Below the pieces are notes generated by a model. That model was not told where the DNA came from and searched no databases. It saw only the letters and a program-made list of their open reading frames with translations. The position numbers were made by a program, and so were the translations under genes. A DNA stretch of 64,000 nt from Squalus acanthias (lineage: Eukaryota). Each line of letters opens with the position of its first letter. Positions within the stretch are counted from its first letter, which is position 1. The stretch is taken from NCBI GenBank assembly GCA_030390025.1, contig CM059438.1:66590001-66654000 (forward strand). Reading direction: 5' to 3'. Positions 12,711 through 23,950 of this stretch are shown one piece after another.

Positions 12711-14193
12711 AGCTTATGACAAGCTGTAAAGATGACGGTATTGACAAGTTTACTTCGAAATGACATTTCAACAACAATTTGTGCTCTCAAAAAATGAACT
12801 GTCTTAGTCTTATAATCATGTTTACTTTCATGCACATTGTAGTTGTGGAGCTCTACCCATTGAAGGTCTCGTGCCATTGGAGCTTTGACATGGAAGGATT
12901 TGCTTTTTTTACTCCCCGACTCATGTTTGTTGAGATAAACAATCACTTACAAAATTGGAAAATTAAAGCCTTTCATCTTTTTAATGAGGACGTTTGGAAG
13001 GTAAAGGTACAAATTATGTTGCAGCTTTCTTCTCTCCTATCACGTAACACTGCTCGAATAGCCCGAATGAAAATAGGCCCTGACTATGGAGGCAACAGCT
13101 CAGAATATCAGTAACTAGCTTCTTTAAATAACATCAGTTTTACAGCCTTGTCAACGTGATGAGGCCAGCCATGAAAATTCTTGACATGATAGAATTGTAA
13201 GTCTGGAGCCTGAATAGTAGAGTATGTTAATCTTTTATTCTTTGTGTTTGGAATTTTGCTTGAACAGATTGAAAACGCATTCAAATTGAAATATTTCCAA
13301 GAATGTTCAACGGCTTGGTCCGATTTACTTATTTTCTCCGACCTGCTTTGACAATAAACCATACGTGCATGATTCCAGCCTTTATGTAATAGATGAATTT
13401 ACACAATAGAACCAAGCTTTGCACTCCCTATATGCACAATAGGGAGGTTGTCTATCTTGGCCATAATTCGCTGATGACTGTCTGACTGACTGGACAAATT
13501 GAGGTTTTTGTCATCATCTTTGGACCCTTCAGGCTCCTTGAGCAAATGCTTCTGCACTAACGCGCTTCAGCATTGAGCTGCTGCTGGGAGTGCTTGTCCA
13601 ATATATCGGAGGCGAGCTTGTCCCCCTCACACTTTTGTTCTCACCGTAGTCCAGGAGAATCGTGTGCTCTTGTTCTCGAGGCAAAATTCAGTTTGAACCA
13701 AAAAAAAAACCCTATGGATTTACTTGCTCTTTCAGCTTGGGACTTCTCTGATTTCGAACGTTGGATTCTTAAAATGGAGACTACTCCCTGCAGTCAACGA
13801 TACAATATGTCTTTGGACCTCTGTGCTGGGGTTGCTCGGAGCAACTTCAGTTGAAGTGCACTTCAGTGTGTGGAGTGGTACTTTGAACCAGTAATAAATA
13901 AGTTGTTTCTGGAAGCAGAAAGGATTACTGCTTCTAACAAGTGTGGGATTTAACCGTAGACCTTTTTTGCTGAGGAGGTTGTAGCTGGACAGGCCATGAT
14001 TGTTTCAACAGCAGCGCTTATATCAATTTCCCCAGTGGTGTCTGTTATTTCCTTTTGACTTATCAGACCCAGAACACATCCATCAATCACAGTCTTGGCT
14101 TTGAGATGGCACTGCGAATTGCTTTAGCATTTCCAGAATCCCTCATGGTGCACAGCACACAGAACAGCAGGGATCTGGACGAGCAGTGTGAAA

Positions 14194-14358
14194 ACTACCA
14201 TCGATGCATTGAAGGGGAAGCTAGATAAGTACAGGAGGGAGAAAGGAACAGAGGGATATGTTGATGCATTCGATGAAGGAGGGTGGGGGGAAGCTCAGGT
14301 GGAGCATAAACACCGGCACCGACCTGTTGGTCCAAATGGCCTGTTTCTGTGCTGTTAA
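14194..14358 (+). mobile_element. CR1 3' end fragment
   Basis: aaggggaagctagataagtac..ggagcataaacaccggcac..aatggcctgtttctgtgctg; homologous to 59050-59200. Confidence 0.75.
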
Positions 14359-14361
14359 TGT

Positions 14362-14919
14362 GAGTAATTTTAACCCCCAAAAACGGGTTGGAAATTAAAA
14401 TTTGAAAAATCTCAAACCCAAACCGAAGCTGCCTCGAACCCGCCCACTTCCGGTTTTAACGGAGGTGAGATTGGCGGGGGTGGGGGTGGGATGCAGATGC
14501 AACCAATATACTCTCAGGAGGTGGGTTGGCCATTGAAACCTTTTAAGGAGGCTGCGACCATCCATTTTAACGAGGTTTCTCTTTTTAACCCAAGCGGGGC
14601 GGGTTTCCTGGGGCCCGGGAAACCCGGCAGGTAAAAGGAGTCGAGAAGGGCTGGAATTCCTCCTCCCACTGACAGCTGGGGGAACGTTCCTACGGATCAC
14701 CCAGTTGTGGCCCCCTGCCGCCAGATTCCCACTCCTGCGGGCCGGCCGGGTAGCGAATCTGGCCGGGTTTTCGGGCGGGACTGCGGGAACTTTTATCCAA
14801 ATGAGGCCCTGCCGTTAAGAGCGGCCGGGCCTTCACATCCCCCCCACAACTCTCCGGGTGCGCCACCCCGCCCGCATTGGGGCTCGGGTGCACACTGACC
14901 CCCTTTTAAAATCAGGCCC
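14362..14919. mobile_element. Harbinger-like MITE (family C)
   Basis: Termini gtaattttaac / ttttaaaatcaggccc; left arm homologous to 18609 and 23588. Confidence 0.65.
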
Positions 14920-14989
14920 ATTGGTTCTCCAAGTGTCAGATACAGTCAGTTATTGATCAGAATGTCAGGAGGACCCTGATTTTCTTCTT

Positions 14990-15353
14990 CTATGAGAGGC
15001 CTAGATAAAGTGGATCGGAAGGACCTATTTCCCTTAGCAGAAGGGTCAATAACCAGGGGGCATAGATTTAAAGTAATTGGTCGGAGGTTTAGAGGGGATT
15101 TGAGGAGAAATGTTTTCACCCAGAGGGTGGTGGGGGTCTGGAACTCACTGTCTAAAGGGTGGTAGAGGCAGAAACCCTCATCACATTTAAAAAGTACTTG
15201 GATGTGCACTTGAAGTGCCGTAACCTACAGGGCTACGGACCAAGTGCTGGAAAGTGGGATTAGGGTGGATAACCTTTTGTCGGCCGGCACGGACAAGATG
15301 GGCCGAATGGCCTCCTTCTATGCTGTAGATTTCTATGATTCTATGATTCTATG
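14990..15353 (+). mobile_element. CR1 LINE 3' end
   Basis: LFPLAEGSITRGHRFKV..NVFTQRVVGVWNSL; tail (ttctatga)n. Confidence 0.9.
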
Positions 15354-15689
15354 AAATAAACTCCTGCTTTGCTGCATTAAAAGCTATTGAATTCATGAAG
15401 TATCCCCGGCAGGGCCAGATCCAATCTTATCTCCAATGGTGGTGCTGAAATAGAAATATGATCTTAAATTCATACTGTAGCCTGCCACAGCTCTAAAATA
15501 AACCCAGTAATACCTTGTTTGACAGAAAAGTAGTGAGGAATGTTACAATGCAAACAGCTATCAGTACATTATTCCAGAAGAATCTATTTCCATGCTCAGA
15601 AGATTTACTGTAAACTCAGGTACAAACCGTAGCTTATTTTGTTTTAAGCAATCTTGTGCGATTGTTTTTTTTTTCTGCGCCGAAGGCAT

Positions 15690-16040
15690 TGATACATGCA
15701 GGGTGTAGTTGTACTGTCACCAGCTCCCAATCCAGTGATTCGCCCAAGTGCTCATACTTCATGTGACCACTCGCAATGAGGGTATCACAGCTGAGCCTCC
15801 TTCTACCCTCACCCGATGATCGAAGATGTGCCCTTTCCAGGAAGGTTGCCGAATGCGAAGAGGAGCAAGAACATCCTGCTGATGTTTCCTTTTTGCTCAT
15901 CCCCTTCCTAGTCTGGGTGCGCTGGGCCTAATTATTACACCACTACTACCACCACAGCCTGATTGGCTAACCTAGACCTTCCTAATCGATGTGCCTCAAT
16001 CCCACACTGGGCAGTGTATTTTCTAATTGAGACATTGAAG
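15690..16040 (-). mobile_element. Family B SINE-like repeat nested in DIRS RT
   Basis: Reverse of aattaggcccagcgcacccagactaggaaggg, similar to the 37120-37170 copy. Confidence 0.45.
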
Positions 16041-17811
16041 GAGCTGAAGTGAAGTATGAAACCAAATTAATGCTCAAAACTTGCTTTGCAGCCACATTAA
16101 ATTGTTCTTTCTAAATCATTCAGGTATCCTTTACACGCTGTAGGAATTTCCTTAATCTTGATTGGCTCTGGGGAATCTTTTGTTTTTTGGGGGATTTATG
16201 AGATTGGGGCTGCTAACCTCCATTTGATCTTCTATTTTCACCCTTTATAAAGGTCCAGGGCCTGTATTGAGTCTTTTTTGGCATTTTCCAGGCTTCCAGA
16301 GTCTTTATGAATAATCGTGAATACTTACATCTGCAGTATATTCATGTAGTTGCACAACTTGCTAATCTGAGCTTCCAAACAGATGGTCCGGTTAAGATTT
16401 TTGGTCAAGCACAAAACGGACCCCTCGCAGGACCTTCGATATCTCGCAGCCCACTTTGGTAGAATTAGACCCAAGGTGCAACTACCCTTTCTGGTAATTA
16501 TTTTAAGCTATTGGACTTACCAGATGCATTCACAAGATCTCACTCCAGTCTTTGAAAGTGTTAGAGCTACACATCAGACCGTATTTTAAGTTTAAAATAG
16601 CAAGCAAATTTATTTTACAAAAGCCATCATCCAGGAAGGTTGCCGAATGCGAACAGGAGCATTCATATTATTGCGTTTTATATTTGCACAAGACAACCTT
16701 GCACCTAACCCTTGAGTGGGCAAAATAATAGAAAGGTTGCAACTAAGCTAATAACTTTGAAATACTCAGCGTCTCTCCTCTTTTTGGAACATCAAACTGA
16801 TTGGTGCTAACTGGTTACTTTTCTCAATTGTTAAACTGCCTCCCCTCAATTCAAACAGCTTTTATGTCCTGGAAACAATTTACTCAAATATCCTAGATTT
16901 GGAATATCTGGCTTTTCAAATTTGAAAGGAATTGTCAATCAAAGACAAACTGAACCAATCACTTCGCAATGTTTTAAGTTTCAATTATTCCTCAGCTCAT
17001 AACCAACAGCACGTCCAACTGTGTATCAGGATAGACATGGTACAAGACGCAACCCTATCTAGCTGTTAAGCTCCTTTGCTGAGAATTCCCTTGGGGATTC
17101 AGGTTATGGCGGTCAATCGGGATAATCATTGAGGAAGATGTGACTGGGTTTAAAGGACTAGCTGCTAAACCAAAACTTAGACCAAAACATTTTCTTCTGG
17201 CCCTTCACCTGGTAGGAGTGGACAACCTCACTATCCATCCACACAAGTGGAAGATCAATCGTCAGGTGATTCCAGGAATATACCCAACAGGGAGGCGACT
17301 AGAGATTGGCTTGTTTGGATCACCAGAGAGCCACTGCTCTAGAATAGGAGGAGCATCTGTGTGCAAGTGGGGAAGCCTCTCCTTTTCCTGGACATGAAGG
17401 TCTCTGGACATGTTGCCCCCCCCCCGTTGCTACTCCTCAGAGTGCTGCAGAAGGTGGGCGCAGGCCAGGCGAAACTTGTTCTGGTCACCTGAACTAGCCC
17501 TGTCGCCATGGTTCTTGTCAATCAGCTGAGCCGTTATTCCTCTATCCCGCAGGTGAACCTGCTTTTATTCTGGGAGTGGGAGAAGGGGCCACATTCTACA
17601 CATGGAGCTAAAATATATTTGGCGTGGTCACTAAACAGTGTTGACTTCTACTTTGAGATCATCCCTCATGGGTGGTGAGACCCTACTCTGTTCCGGAAAG
17701 GCTTCCACTAACCGGGTTTATAATGATGTGGGGATGCCGGTGTTGGACTGGGGTGGACAAATGTGAGATGTCGCACAACACCAGGTTATAGTCCAACAGC
17801 TTTATTTGAAA

Positions 17812-17848
17812 TCACATGCTTTCGGAGCGCTGCTCCTTCGTCAGGTGA
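17812..17848 (-). ncRNA. Minimal type I hammerhead ribozyme motif, probably inactive
   Basis: UCAC-CUGACGA-A-GGAGC.AGC.GCUCC-GAAA-GCAU-GUGA; conserved U16.1 replaced by A. Confidence 0.6.
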
Positions 17849-17959
17849 AGTGAAGAGATGCATATAGGCACAGCATACATAGTCAGAGAACACTGCCAGA
17901 TGATTACAGTTAATCTTTCTAACTGCCCTTTATCACACCTCGGCAGAGAGATAATCACT

Positions 17960-17996
17960 TCACCTGATGAAGGAGCAGCGCTCCGAAAGCTTGTGA
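17960..17996 (+). ncRNA. Minimal type I hammerhead ribozyme motif
   Basis: UCAC-CUGAUGA-A-GGAGC.AGC.GCUCC-GAAA-GCUU-GUGA: intact core, stem I UCAC/GUGA, 5-bp stem II, palindromic AGCU in place of stem III. Confidence 0.8.
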
Positions 17997-18608
17997 TTTC
18001 AAATAAAGCTATTGGACTATAACCTGGCGTTGTGCGGGTTTATAATATCAACTGGCACAGATTTGTAAATGGTGCGTGGCTCAGTCTATTCACCCCAACC
18101 CATGCGTGATATATTCTAGAATATCCACACTATTGTCTTGAGCTGGCTCTAAAGGCCGAGTTGATGTGGCTGGCATCATGGCCTTTCTTAAACAGTTTGC
18201 GTTACATCTGGTAGATTCTCATTTCTTCATATGTAAGCGACAGGCACTTGCTTCCAGCTAGATTCCCCTAGTTGCTAATTGGAATCTTAATGTCGTCTTT
18301 AATAAGCTGATCGTCCCACTGTTCAAATCTCTTTTGAGGATATGATTTGAAGTTCTTATATGAAGTCAGCTGTATTAGCAATGTTAATTTCAGCCTGCAG
18401 GGTTCGTCAGTTGCTGCTTGACTCGCCACGAAGTTAGAATTGCTCTTGGGACTTTCCCCACAGTTTCTCCTGCAGGTGGTCTTACAGTTTAATTAGGGCA
18501 ACGAGATTGTTGTACTCGCTCTTTTCATCCTTTATTCCCCTCCCCACCCCCACAATCAATCAGCTGATAATCCTGGGTTTCACTGTGTCGATGCATGCAG
18601 GACACTTT

Positions 18609-19495
18609 GGGGGTAATTTTAAGCACCCCCCCCTCTCAAAACGGGTGGATTTGAGTCGGGTGGGATGTTAACATTTTAAAATCTCAAACCCGAACCCAAC
18701 CCGCCTCCAACCCGCTCACTTCTGGTTTTAACGGAGGCGGGACAAGGTGCGGGCGACCAACCTGCTCCCAGGAGGCGGGTCACTCGTTTAAATGTTTTAA
18801 TGAGGCCATGTGCCTCCGATTTTATCTCTCTCCCAGCTTCAATGCTGGACGGCCGGGTTTCCCGGGCCTCAGGAAACCCGGCAGTGAAACGGAGGCAAGG
18901 AAGAGGTAAGTGCTTTTCCAGCACTGCTTGTGGCCCATGAGGAGCAGGAGTGCTTTGCCCTGGCCCCCCACAAGCTAACCTGCTTCCCTCCCCGTGATGG
19001 TACCCCACCCCCACCCCCGTGATCAGAACCCCGTACTGCCCCATGATAGGACCTCCCCCACGATCAGCCTCTCCTGCTTGATCAGACCCCCTCTGCGATC
19101 ACTGACCCCCCCCCCCCACCCCGGGATTGGAGCCCCCCCCGCGATCGCTGACCCACCCCTGGCGATTGGATCCCCCCCACGATCACCGCCCCCTGTGTTC
19201 GGACCCCTATGATCGCTGAATTCCCCCGACCCTCCATCTCTGCCCCAGATCTCTCGCCGATCCCCCACGATCACCCCCCAACCCTCCAAACCAGGCTGTA
19301 CCCACCCCCAACCTCGTGATCTCTACCCTGAGGAGCAGGAAGCCTACCTGCTCCTGGGCTGCGGGCTCTTTTGGAGCATTCCCCGCCCAACAGGGATCCA
19401 AGCTGGTGGAAATCCTGTTAAAACTCCACAGCGCTCGGGGTGACCGGAATTCCTCCACATACCCCCCCACCCCACCCCGCTTGGAAATCCCGTCC
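18609..19495. mobile_element. Harbinger-like MITE (family C) with C-rich internal repeats
   Basis: Starts gggggtaattttaa; shares aaaatctcaaacccgaacccaacccgcc with 14400 and 23650; interrupts the DIRS YR. Confidence 0.65.
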
Positions 19496-19515
19496 CAGTA
19501 AATATTGGAGCCATA

Positions 19516-20244
19516 GGGCTGGATTTTCATTGACCCGTGGAGGCGGGTTTGGAGGCCTGTGGGGGGTTAAAATTGCGAAAACTGGCGGGCGGGCACAAGT
19601 CCGCCTCCATCCCGCCTCCACACAATTTTCATTAAATCGTGTCTGCTGGTCCCAACTCCATCCCGCCTTTAAGGCCCTTAACAAGCACTAAATTGGCTCT
19701 ATAATGCCATTTTGAAAGGCCTTTGTGATTTTAACCCTTGATCTACGTGAAGCATGCCTGTTCTGAACCACGATTATGAAACCTGGCGGGAGCACATTTG
19801 GATAGCTGACTATCAGCTGCAGGTCCACTATTACAACGGAGATGTGATGAAAGTAGTAGTAGTATTAGGTCTGAAAGTTGCCTCTGATGCTGCTGCATTG
19901 AAGGTCTTCAGAGACTGCCTGGCCTTTGCTGTGAGAGGACCGGGATACAAAAAAAACTCTCTCTCTCTCTCTCTCTCTCTCCTTAGAGCTGCTGCTCATT
20001 TTGCATCCAGGTCCTCTCACAGGAAAGGCCAGGCAGTCTCTGAAGACCTTCAATGCAGCAGCAATGATGACATCATCAGAGGTGACTGAAAACACTAATT
20101 GGTTCATGGGTTCCCACATGCTGGAACTCAATTGCCCAATTAGGTGAAAATTGCATCAATCTCCCACATCCAATTGCAGGCGGGTGGATAACACGAAATG
20201 CGGATGACATGACCCCAACCCGCCCCAGTATCAAAATCCAGCCC
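19516..20244. mobile_element. Harbinger-like MITE (family B)
   Basis: Perfect 12-bp TIR gggctggatttt / aaaatccagccc; homologous to 60234-60876 and to reverse 44510-45254. Confidence 0.85.
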
Positions 20245-22829
20245 GTTGTCTCTGTGTTCACCACACTCAGGACTATTGGAAGTCTCCACAGTTATTTGTG
20301 TCATATGGAAAGAAAATTTTAATTCGTTCAGTGATGAAGCAGCATATAGTGAGACTGCCAGTGGACTGGCTTCTCCATTCTTAGTGTTTACCCAGTCAAG
20401 AACAACAGCTTGACTTTAAATAACACCATTCATGTAAAACAAAATGTCCCACGACACTTTACTTCATCCTAGTGATCCAGTAATGAGCCATTTTACTCTC
20501 TTTATGGCTGCTTCGTGAGTTTCTCTCAGTCAGGTTTGCACTGACGGTGTTTGTAAGGCGGGTAAATGGAGGACCCTTCACATCATCACATAACGTTACC
20601 TTTTAAATTAGATTAAATAACCCAGGACAAAGAGTTTTTGCCGATTTGTTTTGAGAGCAGGAGTTGGGACATCACAGCTGGGTCTGCCTCCTCTTACAAT
20701 AATAGAGTTTTGGTTTGACCCTTGCAGAATGTGAGGGATGTTTGATTAATGAAAAAAAGCAACATTATCTACGCGTGCTATCTTCTTTATTCTTGAAAGG
20801 ATCGGCTTTCTCGCACATAGCAAACCCTCCCTACCATCGCAGCAGGTCCTGCTGGGGCCATCATTGGAGCTTTATGGTTAGGGAGTTGTCTTTCGCATTA
20901 TGGTAGCTCAATAATAGCTGAGGGATTGAACAGCTCCTGGGCCTTTGTGTAAGGTTGGAATAGAGAATTGCATTGTGTGCTGGGGGGTGGTGGGGTAGTC
21001 CCAATGAGGAAAGGAAACATGATTTTCTGAAGCCAATCAGGATTAGACAAGTTCCTATGATGTGTCAGAAACGCTATCATTCAAAGAGGATCCTACAAGG
21101 TGAGTAATCTTTTTATTCCTCCAAATATTTTTCTTCCATTATCCTTTCAAGGCAAGAAGCTAGACAAAGAAAAACGTTGCTCTGATACTCGGTGTGATTC
21201 ACACCAGTTTGACATTAGCAACGTATCTCCAGATGAACTTGTGACAGGCCTCTGGTGTTACTGAATAAAAGCGCTCTGTTTAAACAGAAAATTCTGAGAA
21301 ATGTATCGGGTGTCAGACTGCAAATCTCAGAATTGCTGTACTGAAGCCTGATCATTGCCTTGTTCGCCTGTCGATTGTTGAATACTGTTCTGTTGTTTTG
21401 CTGTCTCTCTGGTTTGTGAGGCCTTCCTCACTTGAGGGCTAAACCGTGTGTTCCATTGTTCCTCCATTTGCATCATCCATATGCCCGACTTTGATTTTTG
21501 TCTACAACTCATAAATCTACCACTAACTTAACTGTACTAAAAAAAAACTGTCTTTTTGACATTTTAATCTGACATGGAAGCACCTGGGGTGAAAGTAACT
21601 GTCAACTCACAGTGCAGAGAGTTGTGGCCAGGGCATGCCTAAGTTTCTGAATCTGTGTGAATGGATGGCGGAGTATTTCAAGCACACTGTCTTGCCTTCT
21701 CCGGAACCAGGCTTGAGATGAAACTTTAATCTCTTCTAGATATATTGAAATAAATTTGTAGCAATCTCACCCCAGTTCCTAACAGTCATGGATCAGCAAC
21801 ACAAAATAATGGAAAACTGGCAATTTCACCAAGAGATGCTCTATGCATGGCTGATTTGGGAAGTGGAAATTGCAGAGTTTCGGAGTAGGGATAATCTTCG
21901 GAAGTTGGTTCCAAAGCACTAGCAGAGCAGAGTTTTACGATCGATCTTTGCTGTTGCTGTGGGCAAATGGTCCTTTCCATCATTGATATTCTGCTCCATG
22001 GGAAGGAGAAAGAAAAACTGCTTTAGAGAAAGTAAATTCAGAATATTTTCATTTAACAAGGACCCAAATGGTCAGTGCAGTCTTCTGCTAGAAACACAGA
22101 ATGGACCAGTAAATTTTGCCTGGAGAGACAATCTGAAAATACAAGATTATCCGCTCCTGATTGTACCTCAGTGTGTGGGAAACAGACAAGTAAGACTAGG
22201 TATGTGGGGGAGGAAAGAATGTTTCATCATCATCAACAAGTTCACGGATTTGTGATTTTCTCAGAAAATGAATTAAGTTCCATCCCCAAAATGCTCCTAC
22301 GGATTCCAGAACCAATGGACCTGTGAGCTTCTCCAAGTTCTCTACACGAATTGTGTACAATCTTAAAAGTCTCAGTGGAATTTCCAGACATTGTTTCGAA
22401 TTCTTCCTTGTGAGGCAGGATTCATTTTCGAGTTCGCAATGACATTCAAACTAAATCGATCATTATGCAGAACCCCTGTGGTTTCTTGAAACTAGGCCAG
22501 GGCTGTAAATGGAATGGCATTTTGAACACTCTGGCTAACATGGCTTTCAATTCTGATTTTGCAGGTTCATAGATCTTTCTTTAGTTTTTATTTTAGGTTC
22601 TTAATGTGTGTTTAAAAATTTGTGGAACAAAATTCTGTTGTAACCTCGGTTACAAATCACATTGCGGCTTCATGTCTGAATCCTGTGAAATTAGATTTAC
22701 TTCATGGAGTCATGCAAGTAAGAGAATGAAAATGCCCTGGCAATAATCATCTTGGCAAGCTGTGGTTTCTGCAGGATGAACTGATGTATTTTGAACCAGT
22801 CAAATATGAAGTGCAAAATTGCTTTTGGT

Positions 22830-23537
22830 TTTAGTCCCATTGTGTAATGGTTATTGGATTAGGGTGAGGGTGAGTGTGAGATGTGGCTAGTGAGATGGGA
22901 AGTGATAATGTTTTAGAGAGGGATGGGTGGAGGTGCAAGGTAAGTTGGTCTGAGTAAGGATGTGCAGGAGTAGGGTAGGGAAGGCAGAGTGATGGGGATG
23001 TGATGAGAGACACAGTAGGATGAGGTTGAGTGTGGCTTTGCAGTAACGTTTCGTGATCTACTGAGATCATTAAAAGGTTTGCGCCACTGCAGCCTGGTCC
23101 TCCTGATGACATCCTTGCTTGTGTCCTCCTGTGCAATGTGCAACCAGGCTGCGTTGATCTCCTGGGGAGGTCTCTTCCGCCCAATGGAAGGGAAGAGAAA
23201 CTCCCTGCGTGCTGTGACGCCCTCCGTAACCCCTCCTGGGTGCAGCCGTGCACCTCTGTGCAGTGCTTGTCAGTGTTTGCAGCACCTCAATGCTGTAGAA
23301 CACTGACAGCACAAATGTCAAAATAAATTTGAGCATGGTCCCTTTAAGGAAACCGGCTGATGATGCATCATCAAGTGACGTCATCAGACCCGCTTCCTTC
23401 AATTGGCCGGCAAACGCATTGGGCAACTCAATCAGGGTAACATCATTCTACAGAGCGGGCTGGAGACAGCAGAGAGGTCGGAACCGGCCACCCACCCCGG
23501 CCACACCAGATCCGCCAAGGTAGGGAAAATCGCAGCC
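22830..23537 (-). mobile_element. Harbinger fragment with Myb/SANT remnant
   Basis: AWLHIAQEDTSKDVIRRTRLQWRKPFNDL (about 23060-23150, minus strand); terminus ggaaaatcgcagcc. Confidence 0.7.
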
Positions 23538-23587
23538 ACGTTACTGAACTAGTAATCCAGAGGTCTGGACTAATAATCCAGAGAATG

Positions 23588-23950
23588 TGGGGTGCATTTT
23601 AACACCCAAAAATGGGTGGGTTGTGGTCAAGTCAGATGTTAAAATTTTAAAAATCTGAAACCCAACCCCAACCTGCCTCCAACTCGCCCACTTCCGGGTT
23701 TAACAGAGCCGGGTCAAGGGGTGAACAGCCAACCTGCACCCAGGAGGTGGGTTGACAATTTAGATATTTTAATGAGGCTGGGAGCCTCTGATTTAATCTG
23801 TTTTGCAGGTTTAACAGTGACCAGCTGGGTTTCCCAGGCCTCGGGAAACCCGGCAGCTGAAGGGAGGCGAGGACAACTTCGGGAGAAGGTAATTGTCTTT
23901 ACAGCACTGCTTGTGGGCCAGGTGGAATAGGAGCACTTCCCACCAGTCCC
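23588..23950. mobile_element. Family C MITE left arm
   Basis: ggggtgcattttaac..aaaatctgaaacccaacccc, homologous to 18609-18960. Confidence 0.65.

Larger units (their letters stand above)
17725..18034. mobile_element. Short ORF-less Penelope-like (pLTR) element with an inverted end
   Basis: Exact 12-bp TSD cgggtttataat (17713-17724, 18035-18046); about 80-bp inverted arms; body homologous to 61772-61990. Confidence 0.85.
15360..21118 (+). mobile_element. Highly decayed DIRS-like (tyrosine recombinase) retrotransposon with multiple nested insertions
   Basis: Ordered remnants: RT (FGI..SRVF, about 16280), RNase H (NNFEILSV 16750; YQDRHGTR 17035; LALHLVGVDN..WKIN..LEIGLFGS 17200-17330), LLLRVLQKV..LVLV..PWF (17430-17515), then YR (RKASTNRVYN/NWHRF; WNLNVV..PLFKSL; KSAVLAMLISACRVRQL; QLFVSYG; SHFT..AAS..CKAGKW..RY). 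A gag-like region may extend to about 13450 (unsupported). Confidence 0.8.

Noticed and set aside
13450..14190. DIRS gag ORF
   Set aside because: The position upstream of the RT remnants fits, but I could not identify a convincing motif or the left terminal repeat, so it is left outside the call.
21069..21105. Host exon ending in AAG|GTGAGT
   Set aside because: It coincides with the inferred DIRS right terminus, which is complementary to the ICR-like segment, and the peptide is unrecognised.
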